Of a DNA stretch of 64,000 nucleotides, positions 28,901-39,558 are shown in pieces. The stretch spans positions 314,144 through 378,143 of the forward strand of contig JAOAJD010000001.1 in assembly GCA_026414365.1 (NCBI GenBank), read 5' to 3'. The notes under the pieces are model-generated. The model had not been told where the DNA came from. It saw only the letters and a list, made by a program, of their open reading frames with translations, and searched no databases. How positions within the stretch are numbered: position 1 is the first letter of the stretch; each line of letters opens with the position of its first letter. A program made the position numbers and the translations under genes. Source of the stretch: Candidatus Iainarchaeum sp. (lineage in GTDB: Archaea > Iainarchaeota > Iainarchaeia > Iainarchaeales > SKW153).

Positions 28901-30283
28901 ATGACGAAAGATTTTTTTGCGGCGCTAAAAGAGGCAAGAGATTTTTTGTTAGAACAGGAAAAAGTTAATATAATTTCTCACTATGATGCAGATGGTTTGT
29001 GCGCTGCAGCGATATTAGCAAAAACATGTAAGAGAAGTAACATTGATTTTAATGTGAAGATAATTAAACAGCTTTACAAAGAGAGCATCGAAGAAATAAA
29101 AAAAATGGAAGGCTCTTTTGTTTTTGCAGATCTTGGTTCTGGACAGATAGATTTAATAAGAAATAATTTTTCTAATTTTTTAATTTTAGATCATCATCAA
29201 ACAGTTTCAAAATTAGAAACTTCACATATTAACCCTTATTTTTTTTCTATTGATGGAAATATTGATATTTCTGGATCTGGTTTAAGTTACCTTTTAGCAA
29301 AAGAAATAAGTATAAGAAACAAAGATTTGTCCTCTTTAGCTATTGTTGGCTCAGTAGGAGATATGCAAGATTTTAGTGGTAGATTACAAGGATTAAACAG
29401 GTTAATTTTGAGTGATGCTGTAGATAGTAAGCTTATAGAAGCCACAAATGATTTGCGTTTATATGGTAGAGTTTCAAGACCCTTGGTGCAATTTCTAGAA
29501 TATTCAACAAACCCCATCTTACCTGGTTTAACAGCCAATGAAAAAGCATGTATTCGTTTTTTAAATAAACTAGGCATTGAACTTAAAAATAATGGCAGAT
29601 GGCGTTCCTATAGCGATTTAACAATAGAAGAAAAAAAGACTTTTGTTTCTTCTTTGATAGTTTACCTAACTGAAAAAAATTTTCCTGAGTTTAGAATAAA
29701 AGAACTTTTTGGTGAAGTTTATACATTACTTAATGAGAGTAGTAACTCACCTTTAAGAGATGCTAAAGAATTTGCTACTTTATGTAATTCTTGTGGCAGA
29801 CATTCTAAAGCCGATTTAGCATTAGCTGTTTGCATGGGCGATAGAGAGGAATCTTATTCGAAAGCAATAAGTCTTTTGACACAACATAGAAAAGAATTAA
29901 GAGAGGGGTTAAAATTCATAAAAGATAAAGGTTTAGTAGAATATGAAAAATTTTATTTTATTGACGCAGAAAATTCTGTGAGAGATTCATTGATAGGTAT
30001 TATTGTTGGCATGCTTTATAGTTCTTCTTTACTTCCTGAAAATAAGCCAATAATAGCTATGGCTTATTATGAAGATGGTTCTGTTAAAGTTTCTGCAAGG
30101 GCTACAAAGTATTTAATAGACAAAGGATTAAATTTAGGTAGAATATTAAAAGAGATTTGTTCTGAGATTTCAGATGCTACAGATGGAGGCGGGCATAAAA
30201 TAGCCGCGGGTTGCAAGATAAAAAAAGAGAATAAGGAGCTTTTTATTAAGCTCCTTAACGAAAAACTATCAAAGTTTTTTTAA
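28901..30283 (+). CDS. DHH/DHHA1 phosphoesterase: archaeal RecJ-like nuclease/GAN (Cdc45 homolog).
   Basis: DHH motif region (ISHYDADGLCAAAIL...LDHHQ) and DHHA1 GGGH motif (DGGGHKIAAG). Confidence 0.75.
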   Translation: MTKDFFAALKEARDFLLEQEKVNIISHYDADGLCAAAILAKTCKRSNIDFNVKIIKQLYKESIEEIKKMEGSFVFADLGSGQIDLIRNNFSNFLILDHHQTVSKLETSHINPYFFSIDGNIDISGSGLSYLLAKEISIRNKDLSSLAIVGSVGDMQDFSGRLQGLNRLILSDAVDSKLIEATNDLRLYGRVSRPLVQFLEYSTNPILPGLTANEKACIRFLNKLGIELKNNGRWRSYSDLTIEEKKTFVSSLIVYLTEKNFPEFRIKELFGEVYTLLNESSNSPLRDAKEFATLCNSCGRHSKADLALAVCMGDREESYSKAISLLTQHRKELREGLKFIKDKGLVEYEKFYFIDAENSVRDSLIGIIVGMLYSSSLLPENKPIIAMAYYEDGSVKVSARATKYLIDKGLNLGRILKEICSEISDATDGGGHKIAAGCKIKKENKELFIKLLNEKLSKFF

Positions 30284-32958
30284 TTTCTCTTACTTTTTTT
30301 GCTTTTCTTCTTGTCTTGGCTATCTTTTATAGCAGCTTGTGCAGCAGCTAATCTTGCTATAGGCACTCTATAAGGAGAACAACTCACATAATTCAAACCA
30401 ACTTTGTGGCAGAATTCAACTGTTTTTGGTTCTCCGCCTTGTTCTCCGCATATCCCTATCTTTAAGTCTTTTCTTGTTTTTCTTCCTCTTTCTACTGACA
30501 TTTTTATAAGTTCTCCAACACCTTCTTGGTCAACAACTTCGAAAGGATCTTCTAGCAGTATTTTCTTGTCTAAATAATACTTTATGAATTTCCCGGCGTC
30601 ATCTCTTGAATATCCAAAAGTAGTTTGGGTTAAGTCATTAGTACCAAATGAGAAGAATTCTCCATACTCTGCAATTTTATCTGCAGTTATACAGGCTCTT
30701 GGAAGCTCCATCATTACACCGACTTTATATTTAACTTGTACTCCTTCTTTTTCCATAACCTCTTTAGCTTTTTTATCTATTATTTCTTTCATTACCTTCA
30801 TTTCATTTACATGTCCTAATACAGGTATCATTATCTCCGGCCTCGCATCTATTTTTCTCTTCTTACAATCAATCGCAGCTTCTATTATTGCTTGAACTTG
30901 CATTTCTGCTATTTCTGGATAAACAATTAACAACCTACAACCTCTAAAACCTAGCATTGGATTAAATTCCTTCAAAGATTCGTTTATTTGTTTTACTTTT
31001 TCTACGCTGTATCCCATTTCTCTAGCAAGTTCTTCTATTTCTTGATCTTCTTTTGGCAAGAATTCATGTAATGGAGGGTCTAACAATCTTATTGTAACAT
31101 CTAGTCCTTTCATTGCCTCAAATATTCCTATAAAGTCTGATTTTTGGTAGGGCAATAATTTTGCTAAAGCTTTTCTTCTACTTTCGACGTTATCTGCTAA
31201 AATCATCTCTCTCATTGCTTTTATTCTTTCACCTTCAAAGAACATATGCTCAGTTCTGCACAAACCAATTCCTTCTGCTCCAAATTCTCTTGCCACTTTA
31301 GCGTCATGCGGTGTGTCTGCGTTTGTCCTTACTCCTAACTTTCTAAATGAATCTACCCATGTCATTAACTCTTTAAATTCTCCTTTCACTTGAGGTTCTA
31401 TCAAAGGCAGCTTTCCTTTAAATATTTCACCTGTTGAACCATCTATACTTATAAATTCACCTTCTTTTATTTTTATCCCCTTTGTAGGAATTTCTATATA
31501 TCCTTTATCTTCATATACTACTATATCTTCACAGCCAGCTACACATGGTTTTCCCATACCTCTTGCAACAACAGCAGCATGACTTGTTAAACCACCTCTA
31601 GCTGTCAAAAATCCTTGAGAAACGTGCATTCCTTCTATATCATCAGGGCTTGTTTCTGTTCTTACTAAGACTAATTTCTCTTCTGGGTTCCTTTCTACTA
31701 TTTCTTTTGCTTTATTTGCGTTTAACACCACTTTTCCTACTGCAGCACCAGGTGAAGCAGCAAGGCCTTTAGCTAAGACTTCTTCTTTTTGTTTAGCTAT
31801 TGGATCTAACTGTTTATGTAAAAGTTGATTTAATTGATTTGGCTCTATTCTTAGTATAGCTTCTTCTTTTGTTATTAATCCCTCTTTAACCATATCTACA
31901 GCAATCTTTACTGCAGCTTGTGCAGTTCTCTTTCCTCTTCTTGTTTGTAACATATATAATTTTCCTTTTTCCACAGTAAATTCAAAATCTTGCATATCTT
32001 TGTAATGTTTTTCTAGTTTTGTGTATATTTTTACTAGTTCCTCATATGCTTTTGGTAAAATTTCTTTCATTTTGCTTATATGCTGTGGTGTTCTTATACC
32101 TGCTACAACATCTTCACCTTGTGCATTGACTAAAAATTCTCCATATGGTTCTTTTTCTCCTGTCGAAGGGTTTCTTGTAAATCCAACCCCTGTGCCAGAA
32201 TCATTACCCATATTTCCAAACACCATACTTTGTATATTTACTGCAGTACCTGCATCATCGCTAATCTTATTTATTCTTCTGTATGCTATTGCTCTTGGAT
32301 TATTCCAGGAATTAAAAACAGCATTTATAGCCATTCTTAATTGTTCCCAAGGGTCTTGCGGGAATTCTTTGCCTTTTTCTTTTAATACAAGTTCTTTATA
32401 TTTTGCTACAATTTTCTTCAAATCATCTATTTCCAATTCGCTGTCGTATTTCACTCCTTTTGTTTTTTTCTGTTCATCTAATATTTTTTCAAATTTATCA
32501 TGATCTATTCCTAAAACAACATCTCCAAACATTTGAATAAATCTCCTATACGAATCCCACGCAGCTCTTTCATTTTTTGTTTGTTTTGCAAAAGCTAAAA
32601 CACTTTTATCATTCATACCTAAGTTAAGTACAGTATCCATCATACCAGGCATACTTGCATAAGCACCACTTCTTACAGAGACAAATAACGGATTTTCATG
32701 ATCCCCTAATTTTTTGCCCATCTTCTTTTCTAATTCTGCCAATTTTTCTCTAACCTCCTTCTCTAAGCCTTTTGGCCATTGTTGGTTATTTTTGTAGAAT
32801 TCCATACAAGCATGAGTTGTTATTGTGAATCCAGGTGGTACAGGCAATCCTAAGGAAGTCATTTCTGCTAATTGTGCACCTTTGTTTCCTAAAACATATG
32901 CTGCCTCTTTACCCTTTAATTTCAATTCACCAAAAGCAAATACATATTTGTTAGCCAT
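30280..32958 (-). CDS. ppdK: Pyruvate, phosphate dikinase.
   Basis: An 892-aa protein with an ATP-grasp N-domain, the phosphohistidine loop GGLTSHAAVVARGMGKPCV, and a PEP-utilising C-terminal TIM barrel (NDLTQ). Confidence 0.9.
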   Translation of the reverse strand: MANKYVFAFGELKLKGKEAAYVLGNKGAQLAEMTSLGLPVPPGFTITTHACMEFYKNNQQWPKGLEKEVREKLAELEKKMGKKLGDHENPLFVSVRSGAYASMPGMMDTVLNLGMNDKSVLAFAKQTKNERAAWDSYRRFIQMFGDVVLGIDHDKFEKILDEQKKTKGVKYDSELEIDDLKKIVAKYKELVLKEKGKEFPQDPWEQLRMAINAVFNSWNNPRAIAYRRINKISDDAGTAVNIQSMVFGNMGNDSGTGVGFTRNPSTGEKEPYGEFLVNAQGEDVVAGIRTPQHISKMKEILPKAYEELVKIYTKLEKHYKDMQDFEFTVEKGKLYMLQTRRGKRTAQAAVKIAVDMVKEGLITKEEAILRIEPNQLNQLLHKQLDPIAKQKEEVLAKGLAASPGAAVGKVVLNANKAKEIVERNPEEKLVLVRTETSPDDIEGMHVSQGFLTARGGLTSHAAVVARGMGKPCVAGCEDIVVYEDKGYIEIPTKGIKIKEGEFISIDGSTGEIFKGKLPLIEPQVKGEFKELMTWVDSFRKLGVRTNADTPHDAKVAREFGAEGIGLCRTEHMFFEGERIKAMREMILADNVESRRKALAKLLPYQKSDFIGIFEAMKGLDVTIRLLDPPLHEFLPKEDQEIEELAREMGYSVEKVKQINESLKEFNPMLGFRGCRLLIVYPEIAEMQVQAIIEAAIDCKKRKIDARPEIMIPVLGHVNEMKVMKEIIDKKAKEVMEKEGVQVKYKVGVMMELPRACITADKIAEYGEFFSFGTNDLTQTTFGYSRDDAGKFIKYYLDKKILLEDPFEVVDQEGVGELIKMSVERGRKTRKDLKIGICGEQGGEPKTVEFCHKVGLNYVSCSPYRVPIARLAAAQAAIKDSQDKKKSKKSKRN

Positions 32959-33121
32959 ATTTAACCCTCCAAATTAGAAGACAAGTGTTTTTTTAGTATT
33001 TATAACAATTTTAGATTAATAAAAAGTTTAAAAAACAGATATATTTAGAGATGGGAGTTCTTTTATTATCTTTTTGATAATTTTAAAAATGCTTTTTAAC
33101 TTTTTTTAATAGTGATTATCT

Positions 33122-34048
33122 TTGGTTAGAATAGCTATTGTTGGGTCAGGTCCAGCAGGTTTGACGGCAGCTAACTTTTTAGTTGACAAAGGTTTTTCAG
33201 TAACCGTCTTTGATGAGTTGACAGAATTTGGAGGTATGATGGCTTACGGAATTCCAGAATATAGGATTCCTTTGTCTTCTGTGAGATCTAGAGTTGAAGA
33301 AATTAAGCGTAAAGGAGTTGTTTTTATAAGAAAAAGAATAACCTCAGTTAGAGATTTATTACAAAATTATGATTATGTTATTCTGGCAATAGGAGCAGGC
33401 AGAGGAGCAAAGAGTGGTATACAGGGTGAAGAAAAAGAAAATATTATAGATGCCCTAGATTTTTTGTTGAATGAAAAGCTAGGTATTAAAAAAATGATTT
33501 TTCCTAATGACAAAGTTGCTGTAATTGGTGGCGGTAATTCAGCAATAGACGCAGCCAGAGTTGCTAAAAGAATAGGAGCAGACGTTACTATAATATACAG
33601 AAGAACAGAAGAAGAGATGCCTGCTTTTAAGCACGAAATTGAAGAAGCAAAAAGAGAAGGCGTTAAATTTGAATTTTTAAAATGTCCTTTGGAATACAAA
33701 GGCTTAGAAAAAGTGTCTTCTATAATTTGTTCTGAAATGAAATTACTAAACGAAGAAGAAAAGGGAAGAAAGAAGGTGATAGCTACTGACAAAAAAATAG
33801 AATTATTCTTTGATAAGGTTATTTTAGCAATAGGCCAAAAATTAGATGTAGAATGGTTAGAGAAAGAAGGCATTAAAACAAATAATGGTAGAATATTAGT
33901 AGATCAGAACTATAAGACATCTTTAGATAGGGTTTATGCAATCGGTGATTGTGTTACAGGACCTAAAACAATTGCTGAAGCAACAAGGACAGCAATTGAA
34001 GCTGTAAAAGTTATTCTAGAGAAGTGTGGTAAGAATGGGATTTTTTAG
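33122..34048 (+). CDS. FAD/NAD(P)-dependent oxidoreductase, GltD-like (glutamate synthase small-chain or sulfide dehydrogenase type).
   Basis: Two Rossmann dinucleotide motifs (IAIVGSGPAGLTAA and VAVIGGGNSAIDAA). Apparent TTG start. Confidence 0.65.
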   Translation: MVRIAIVGSGPAGLTAANFLVDKGFSVTVFDELTEFGGMMAYGIPEYRIPLSSVRSRVEEIKRKGVVFIRKRITSVRDLLQNYDYVILAIGAGRGAKSGIQGEEKENIIDALDFLLNEKLGIKKMIFPNDKVAVIGGGNSAIDAARVAKRIGADVTIIYRRTEEEMPAFKHEIEEAKREGVKFEFLKCPLEYKGLEKVSSIICSEMKLLNEEEKGRKKVIATDKKIELFFDKVILAIGQKLDVEWLEKEGIKTNNGRILVDQNYKTSLDRVYAIGDCVTGPKTIAEATRTAIEAVKVILEKCGKNGIF

Positions 34049-34454
34049 AAGAATTTTAAAAAGAATTTTAGGAAGAGAAACACTCTTCGAGAAAAAAGTT
34101 TCTAAAGTTGATTTAGCATTTGAAAATTTCAAAGAATATCGTAAGAAAGGTTGTGATTTTTTAACAGCATATAAAAAAGCTTCTAAGGATTTGAATGCCT
34201 CCTATAAAAAAGATCTTTTATTGTTGGTTAGGGAACACGTAGTTAAAGAAGCTTTTGAGAAATTCAAACAATACCACAACGAAGGGAAACCTATTTTGGT
34301 TGCATATAGAAGAGCATCAAAGAATCTAGGGAGGTATTATAAAGATCGGCTTTTGCTTCGTGTGAGGGAAGTAGCGCTTGAAAAAAAAGATAAAAAGGCT
34401 TTAGATTTTATAAATAAAGAATTAGAACGTTATTTTTTCCAAGGGAATTATTAG
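34026..34454 (+). CDS. Hypothetical protein with an internal tandem duplication.
   Basis: Repeated module AYKKASKDLNASYKKDLLLLVREHV / AYRRASKNLGRYYKDRLLLRVREVA. Confidence 0.4.
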   Translation: MVRMGFFRRILKRILGRETLFEKKVSKVDLAFENFKEYRKKGCDFLTAYKKASKDLNASYKKDLLLLVREHVVKEAFEKFKQYHNEGKPILVAYRRASKNLGRYYKDRLLLRVREVALEKKDKKALDFINKELERYFFQGNY

Positions 34455-34516
34455 CAAAAAAATTTCAAATTTGCTTTTTGATAAAGTTTAAATAAAGTTA
34501 TATTTATATTTAATCT

Positions 34517-34750
34517 ATGGCTAACGAAGATTTTAGATATAAACTTAGGCTCAGAAAGGATGTGAAAAAAGAAAGTACTAAAAAATTAACAATGAAAATA
34601 ACAATAAGTTCAGCACTAGAAAAGTTAGATAAATTATTAGAAGATGGGTATGGCTTTCCCAGGGCTGTTAGATTGGCAGCAGATGATTTGCCAGAGCATT
34701 TAAGAGAAGAATTCTACAAAGCAGCAGAGAAAAGAAGGTTTCGTAGCTAA
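34517..34750 (+). CDS. Small hypothetical protein.
   Basis: A 77-aa charged ORF. Confidence 0.3.
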   Translation: MANEDFRYKLRLRKDVKKESTKKLTMKITISSALEKLDKLLEDGYGFPRAVRLAADDLPEHLREEFYKAAEKRRFRS

Positions 34751-34835
34751 TTTCATAATATATTTAGTAGACATCTATTTACGAAAAACGCAAAAAAATT
34801 TGTTTTTTAACTATTTCTGATAATTAACTTAATTC

Positions 34836-36212
34836 ATGAAAAATTGTGTTGTTTTAAAGATAGGTGGCGGAATCCTGAAAGATGCTGATTGTTTTTATAG
34901 GGTTGTTGATATTATAAAAAAGAAAAGAGAAAACAAGGAGGAATGTATAGTAGTAATTTCTGCCCTCTATGGTGTTACTGATTTTTTAATAGAAAGCATA
35001 CAGAAAGCTATTATAAGCGAAGAACAAATGTTAGATTCTATAAAGAAGATTAAGGATATGCATAAACAATATTTATCCTACATAAAAAACCAAAGAATTA
35101 GAGATAAAGCAGAGTTCGCGTTGGATGATAAGATTGCAACTTTGGAGAAAATATTTTATGGGATAAATTATCTAAAAGAAGTTAGCCCAAGAAGCAAAGA
35201 TTTAATCCAGAGTTTTGGTGAAAGAATAAGTCCAATAGTCTTAGAGGCTTTTTTATTAGATAATAATATTGATGCTGAATTTATAGATGCAGAGAAAGCA
35301 GGTATTTATTGTAAAGGTAATTTTGAAAATGCTTTAGTGGATATGGAAAAAACAGCAGATAGTTTAAACAAAACGGTTTTGCCATTGCTTAATAAAAAAG
35401 TTGTTTTGCTTCCTGGTTATTATGGAATTGATGAATTAGGAGATGTAAAGACATTTGGGAGAGGAGGTACAGATTACAGTGCGGGGTTTATAGCAGCAAT
35501 ATTTAATGCAAAGCTTGAGATATGGAAAGACGTGTCTGGTTTTATGAGCGCAGATCCTAAGGTTGTAAAAGAAGCAAAGCAAATAGATGTTTTAAGTTAT
35601 GATGAAGCTGAGGAGTTAGGTTATTTAGGTGCAAAAATATTACATCCTAAAACAATAGAACCATTAAGAGAAAAAGGCTTATCCGCAGAGATAAAGAATA
35701 TTTTTGATCCTGGCAAAAAAGGAACTATAATTAGCTCAAGAGAACTAAAAACAAAGCAAATAGTGAAATCAATTGCCACTAAAAAAGATATTGCAATAGT
35801 TAACATTTCGAGTAGTGCTATGGCTAATAGTCCAGGATTTGCTGCAGCTGTCTTTGCAAAACTTTCTGAAAATAACATCTCTGTGGATTTAATATCTACT
35901 AGTGAAACTGCAATATCTTTTAGTATTTCTCCAAAGAATCTACAAAAGGCTATAGAATGTTTAGAGCAATTAAAAGAACCACTACAATGTAAAATTTCTT
36001 TCAAAGATGGTCTTTCTTTGATTGGTGTTGTAGGGGAAGGTATGATTGAAACACCAGGTATTGCAGGCAGAATATTTTCTGCTCTAGGAAAAGAAAAAAT
36101 AAATGTTGAGTTAATCTCTCAAGGAGCTTCTGAAATTAATATCAGCTTCGTTGTAAAAAATAAAGATCTAGAAAAAGCAGTATGTATTATACATAAAGAG
36201 TTTATAAGTTAG
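34836..36212 (+). CDS. lysC: Aspartate kinase.
   Basis: Amino-acid-kinase N-domain (VLKIGGGIL...VISALYGVTD) and two C-terminal ACT domains. Confidence 0.8.
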   Translation: MKNCVVLKIGGGILKDADCFYRVVDIIKKKRENKEECIVVISALYGVTDFLIESIQKAIISEEQMLDSIKKIKDMHKQYLSYIKNQRIRDKAEFALDDKIATLEKIFYGINYLKEVSPRSKDLIQSFGERISPIVLEAFLLDNNIDAEFIDAEKAGIYCKGNFENALVDMEKTADSLNKTVLPLLNKKVVLLPGYYGIDELGDVKTFGRGGTDYSAGFIAAIFNAKLEIWKDVSGFMSADPKVVKEAKQIDVLSYDEAEELGYLGAKILHPKTIEPLREKGLSAEIKNIFDPGKKGTIISSRELKTKQIVKSIATKKDIAIVNISSSAMANSPGFAAAVFAKLSENNISVDLISTSETAISFSISPKNLQKAIECLEQLKEPLQCKISFKDGLSLIGVVGEGMIETPGIAGRIFSALGKEKINVELISQGASEINISFVVKNKDLEKAVCIIHKEFIS

Positions 36213-36219
36213 TTGTTTT

Positions 36220-37323
36220 TTGGGTTCTGAGGTGATTTGTTTGGCAAAAATAAAAGTTGGTGTGCTTGGTGCAACAGGAGCAGTAGGTCAACAATACATA
36301 TCTCTACTTGAAAACCACCCATGGTTTGAAGTTAGTTATGTTGCCGCATCACCTTCTTCTGCCGGCAAAAAATACAAAGATGCGGTTAAAGGGAGATGGT
36401 TAATTAATAAAGATATTCCTAAGAATGTTGCAGATTTGGTTGTTGAAGATGCAAATGTTGTAGAGAAGGCACTAGGGCAGTGTAATTTTGTTTTCTCTGC
36501 TTTAGAAATGGATAAACAGGCAATAATGTCACTAGAAGAAAAATATGCTTCGTTAGATATTCCTGTAGTATCTAATGCTTCTGCTCACAGGCATACTGAA
36601 GATGTACCAATGTTAATCCCAGAGATAAATCCAAACCATATTGATATAATACCTATACAAAGAAAAAGAAGAGGCTGGAAAAAAGGTTTTATTGTTGTTA
36701 AGCCGAATTGTTCTCTGCAAAGCTATTTAACTCCGATATATGCTCTAATAAAAAATGGTTATGATATTTCAGAAGTTATACTTACTACTATGCAAGCAGT
36801 CTCTGGAGCAGGTTATCCAGGTGTTGCTTCGTTAGATATAATTGATAATATAATACCTTTTATTAGTGGTGAGGAAGAGAAATCAGAAATAGAACCTCTC
36901 AAAATATTAGGAGAAATAAAAGATAACAAATTTGTTTATTATGATAAAATAAAAATTTCTGCGCATTGTAACAGAGTTCCTGTTATTGATGGCCATATGG
37001 CATGTGTTAGCATAAAATTCAGATCAAAAAAACCTGCTAAAGAAGAGATATTAAATATTTGGCAAAATTTTAAATCAGAACCTCAAAAACTAAATTTACC
37101 TTTTGCACCAGAAAAACCTATAATTTATATTAATGAAGATAATAGACCACAACCTAGGAAAGATAGAATGTTGGACAAAGGAATGGCTGTTGCAGTTGGT
37201 AGACTGAGAGAATGTAAAGTTTTTGATTATAGATTTGTTGGTTTAAGTCATAATACTATACGAGGAGCAGCAGGCGGAGGAATTTTAAACGCAGAGCTTC
37301 TAAAAGCAAAAGGATATCTGTAA
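36220..37323 (+). CDS. asd: Aspartate-semialdehyde dehydrogenase.
   Basis: NAD(P)-binding VGVLGATGAVGQ and the active-site Cys loop KPNCSLQ. Confidence 0.85.
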   Translation: MGSEVICLAKIKVGVLGATGAVGQQYISLLENHPWFEVSYVAASPSSAGKKYKDAVKGRWLINKDIPKNVADLVVEDANVVEKALGQCNFVFSALEMDKQAIMSLEEKYASLDIPVVSNASAHRHTEDVPMLIPEINPNHIDIIPIQRKRRGWKKGFIVVKPNCSLQSYLTPIYALIKNGYDISEVILTTMQAVSGAGYPGVASLDIIDNIIPFISGEEEKSEIEPLKILGEIKDNKFVYYDKIKISAHCNRVPVIDGHMACVSIKFRSKKPAKEEILNIWQNFKSEPQKLNLPFAPEKPIIYINEDNRPQPRKDRMLDKGMAVAVGRLRECKVFDYRFVGLSHNTIRGAAGGGILNAELLKAKGYL

Positions 37324-37326
37324 ATT

Positions 37327-38163
37327 TTAAGATTCTTCGCATATAAAACTTCTTATTTTTGCCAATTTATTAAATGCTCTTTTTGTTCTAACAATTCTCA
37401 CAGATTCTGCTTTTTTTACCTCTATCTTCTCTTCAGCTCCATATCTTTCCTGTCCGTCAACAATAACTTCTAAAGACCCAACTTTAAAATTATCTATTCT
37501 AACAACGTTTTTATCACTAATAACTATTGGCCGATCACTCCAATCTAGTGGATTTATGGGAGTTATTATAAAAACTTCTGCTTCGGCAACAACTATAGGA
37601 CCACCAGCGCTTAAACTATGCCCTGTACTACCAGTAGGTGTTGCAATTATTACACCGTCGCTTCCTTCTTTTTTGTTGTACCAATCATCTATATGTAACT
37701 CGTATCTTATTAATCTCCCTGATAATTTTGGCACAACTGCAACTTCATTTAATGCAGGAGAAATTTTTTTTCCATCTACTTCTGCTCTAAGCCTTGTTCT
37801 TTTTTGTGTGTGATAATTTCCATTTAATATCAAGTCTAATTCTTTTTCTATTTCATCTCCTTTTATTTCTAATAAAAAACCCAATCTGCCACAATTAACC
37901 CCTGCAATCGGAATATCTTTTTTCAACCCTCTTGCTGTTTTTAGTAATGTTCCATCACCACCAAAGGAAAAAACCATATCAATATTTTTTTTAATTCCAA
38001 AGTCTGCCAAGGGCAAAATATTTTTATAAATAGGGAAATCATCATCACAATAAACTTCAATATTATTTTTTAGAAAAATATCTATGGCCTTTTTTGCAAT
38101 TTCGATAGCTTGTTCATTGTTATTTCTTCCAGTAATTCCAACACTTTTTATTTTTTCACCCAT
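37327..38163 (-). CDS. nadK: NAD+ kinase.
   Basis: GGDGTLL motif and an NAD kinase-like length and layout. Confidence 0.8.
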   Translation of the reverse strand: MGEKIKSVGITGRNNNEQAIEIAKKAIDIFLKNNIEVYCDDDFPIYKNILPLADFGIKKNIDMVFSFGGDGTLLKTARGLKKDIPIAGVNCGRLGFLLEIKGDEIEKELDLILNGNYHTQKRTRLRAEVDGKKISPALNEVAVVPKLSGRLIRYELHIDDWYNKKEGSDGVIIATPTGSTGHSLSAGGPIVVAEAEVFIITPINPLDWSDRPIVISDKNVVRIDNFKVGSLEVIVDGQERYGAEEKIEVKKAESVRIVRTKRAFNKLAKIRSFICEES

Positions 38164-38316
38164 ATTTTATTTTTTGCTCTTCTTGTATTTAAAAAAGATA
38201 TCTCTGAAATTTTGCTTCGTCATAAATTTTGTCCGTAAAATTCGTCAATAAACAAAAAAAGATTAGATGAATAACGAAACATTTAAATATTTGGCTTTGA
38301 AGAATTATTTGTTATT

Positions 38317-39558
38317 ATGGATCCCTTTTCAAAGTTTTATGAGAAAACCTATGAGGAAAGAATTAAGTTGCTAAAAGATTATGCAAAACTATCTGATGAT
38401 GAAATAGCACTGCTAGCTAAAGAAACAAATTTGTCTATAAAAACAGCAGAATGTTTGTCAGAAAATATAATAGGTACTTTTTCTATGCCTTTAGGAATAG
38501 CTACACATTTTGTTATAAACGGAAAAAATTATATTCTGCCCATGGTTATTGAAGAACCGAGTGTAGTTGCAGCAGCTTCTAATGCGGCAAAATTAAGTGA
38601 AGGATTCTTGGCTTCGGCAGATGACAGTATTATGTTTGGCCAGATTCAAATAGTAGGTGTTAAGGACATAAAAAAAACAATATCAGAAATAAAAAAGAAC
38701 CAAAAGAATTTGATTAATAAAGCAAATTCTAAAGATTCTGTTTTGGTAAGTCTTGGCGGTGGCGTAAAGGACGTAAAAATCAGGAAGATTAGTACAGATA
38801 GGGGCGAGCACATTATTGTAAATTTAATTGTTGATGTCAAAGATGCGATGGGAGCCAATGCAGTAAATTCTTTCTGTGAATCATTAAAAGAGGATCTGGA
38901 AAAAATCAGTGGTGGTAAGGTTAGGGCAAGGATAATTAGTAATCTTTGTGTTGCAAGACTAGCTAAAGCAAAAGCGGTTTGGTTAAAGGAAAAAATAGGT
39001 GAAGAGACAATTGAAGCGATTTTAGATGCTTATCATTTTGCTAAAAAAGACCAGTTTAGATGTACAACTCATAATAAAGGTATAATGAATGGTATTGATG
39101 CTTTAGCTATTGCTACAGGACAAGATTTTAGAGCTATAGAAGCTTCAGCTCACAGTTATGCTGCTTTTAAAAGAAAGTATTCTCCTTTAACCAAATATTA
39201 CAAAGACAATGCTGGTAATTTAATAGGGGAAATAGAAATACCTCTAGCTGTGGGTGTTGTTGGAGGAGCTGTTAGAACAAATCCGCTAGCAAAACTTTGC
39301 TTAAAAATTGCTAATATAAGCTCTGCTAAAGAATTAGCAATGTCTATGGCTTGTGTTGGTTTAGCAAATAATTTTGCCGCTTTAAAGGCATTATCTACAG
39401 AAGGAATACAGAAAGGTCATATGAGACTTCATGCAAAGAATATTGCAATCACTGCAGGTGCTAGTGAAGATTTGGTTGATAAAGTGGCTGAGATAATGGT
39501 CAAAGAGAACAATATTTGTGTAGCAAGAGCTAAAGAAATAATAAGTGAGTTAAAATGA
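38317..39558 (+). CDS. hmgA: HMG-CoA reductase.
   Basis: Catalytic domain signatures (EEPSVVAAASNAAK, DAMGANAVN, GTEGIQKGHMRLHA). Confidence 0.85.
   Translation: MDPFSKFYEKTYEERIKLLKDYAKLSDDEIALLAKETNLSIKTAECLSENIIGTFSMPLGIATHFVINGKNYILPMVIEEPSVVAAASNAAKLSEGFLASADDSIMFGQIQIVGVKDIKKTISEIKKNQKNLINKANSKDSVLVSLGGGVKDVKIRKISTDRGEHIIVNLIVDVKDAMGANAVNSFCESLKEDLEKISGGKVRARIISNLCVARLAKAKAVWLKEKIGEETIEAILDAYHFAKKDQFRCTTHNKGIMNGIDALAIATGQDFRAIEASAHSYAAFKRKYSPLTKYYKDNAGNLIGEIEIPLAVGVVGGAVRTNPLAKLCLKIANISSAKELAMSMACVGLANNFAALKALSTEGIQKGHMRLHAKNIAITAGASEDLVDKVAEIMVKENNICVARAKEIISELK

Noticed and set aside
32021-32503. Plus-strand 160-aa ORF, and similar ORFs at 30584-30895, 33373-33873, 35621-36004 and 37556-37813.
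   Set aside because: All are antisense to strongly supported enzymes (PPDK, GltD-like, LysC, NadK) and have no motifs.
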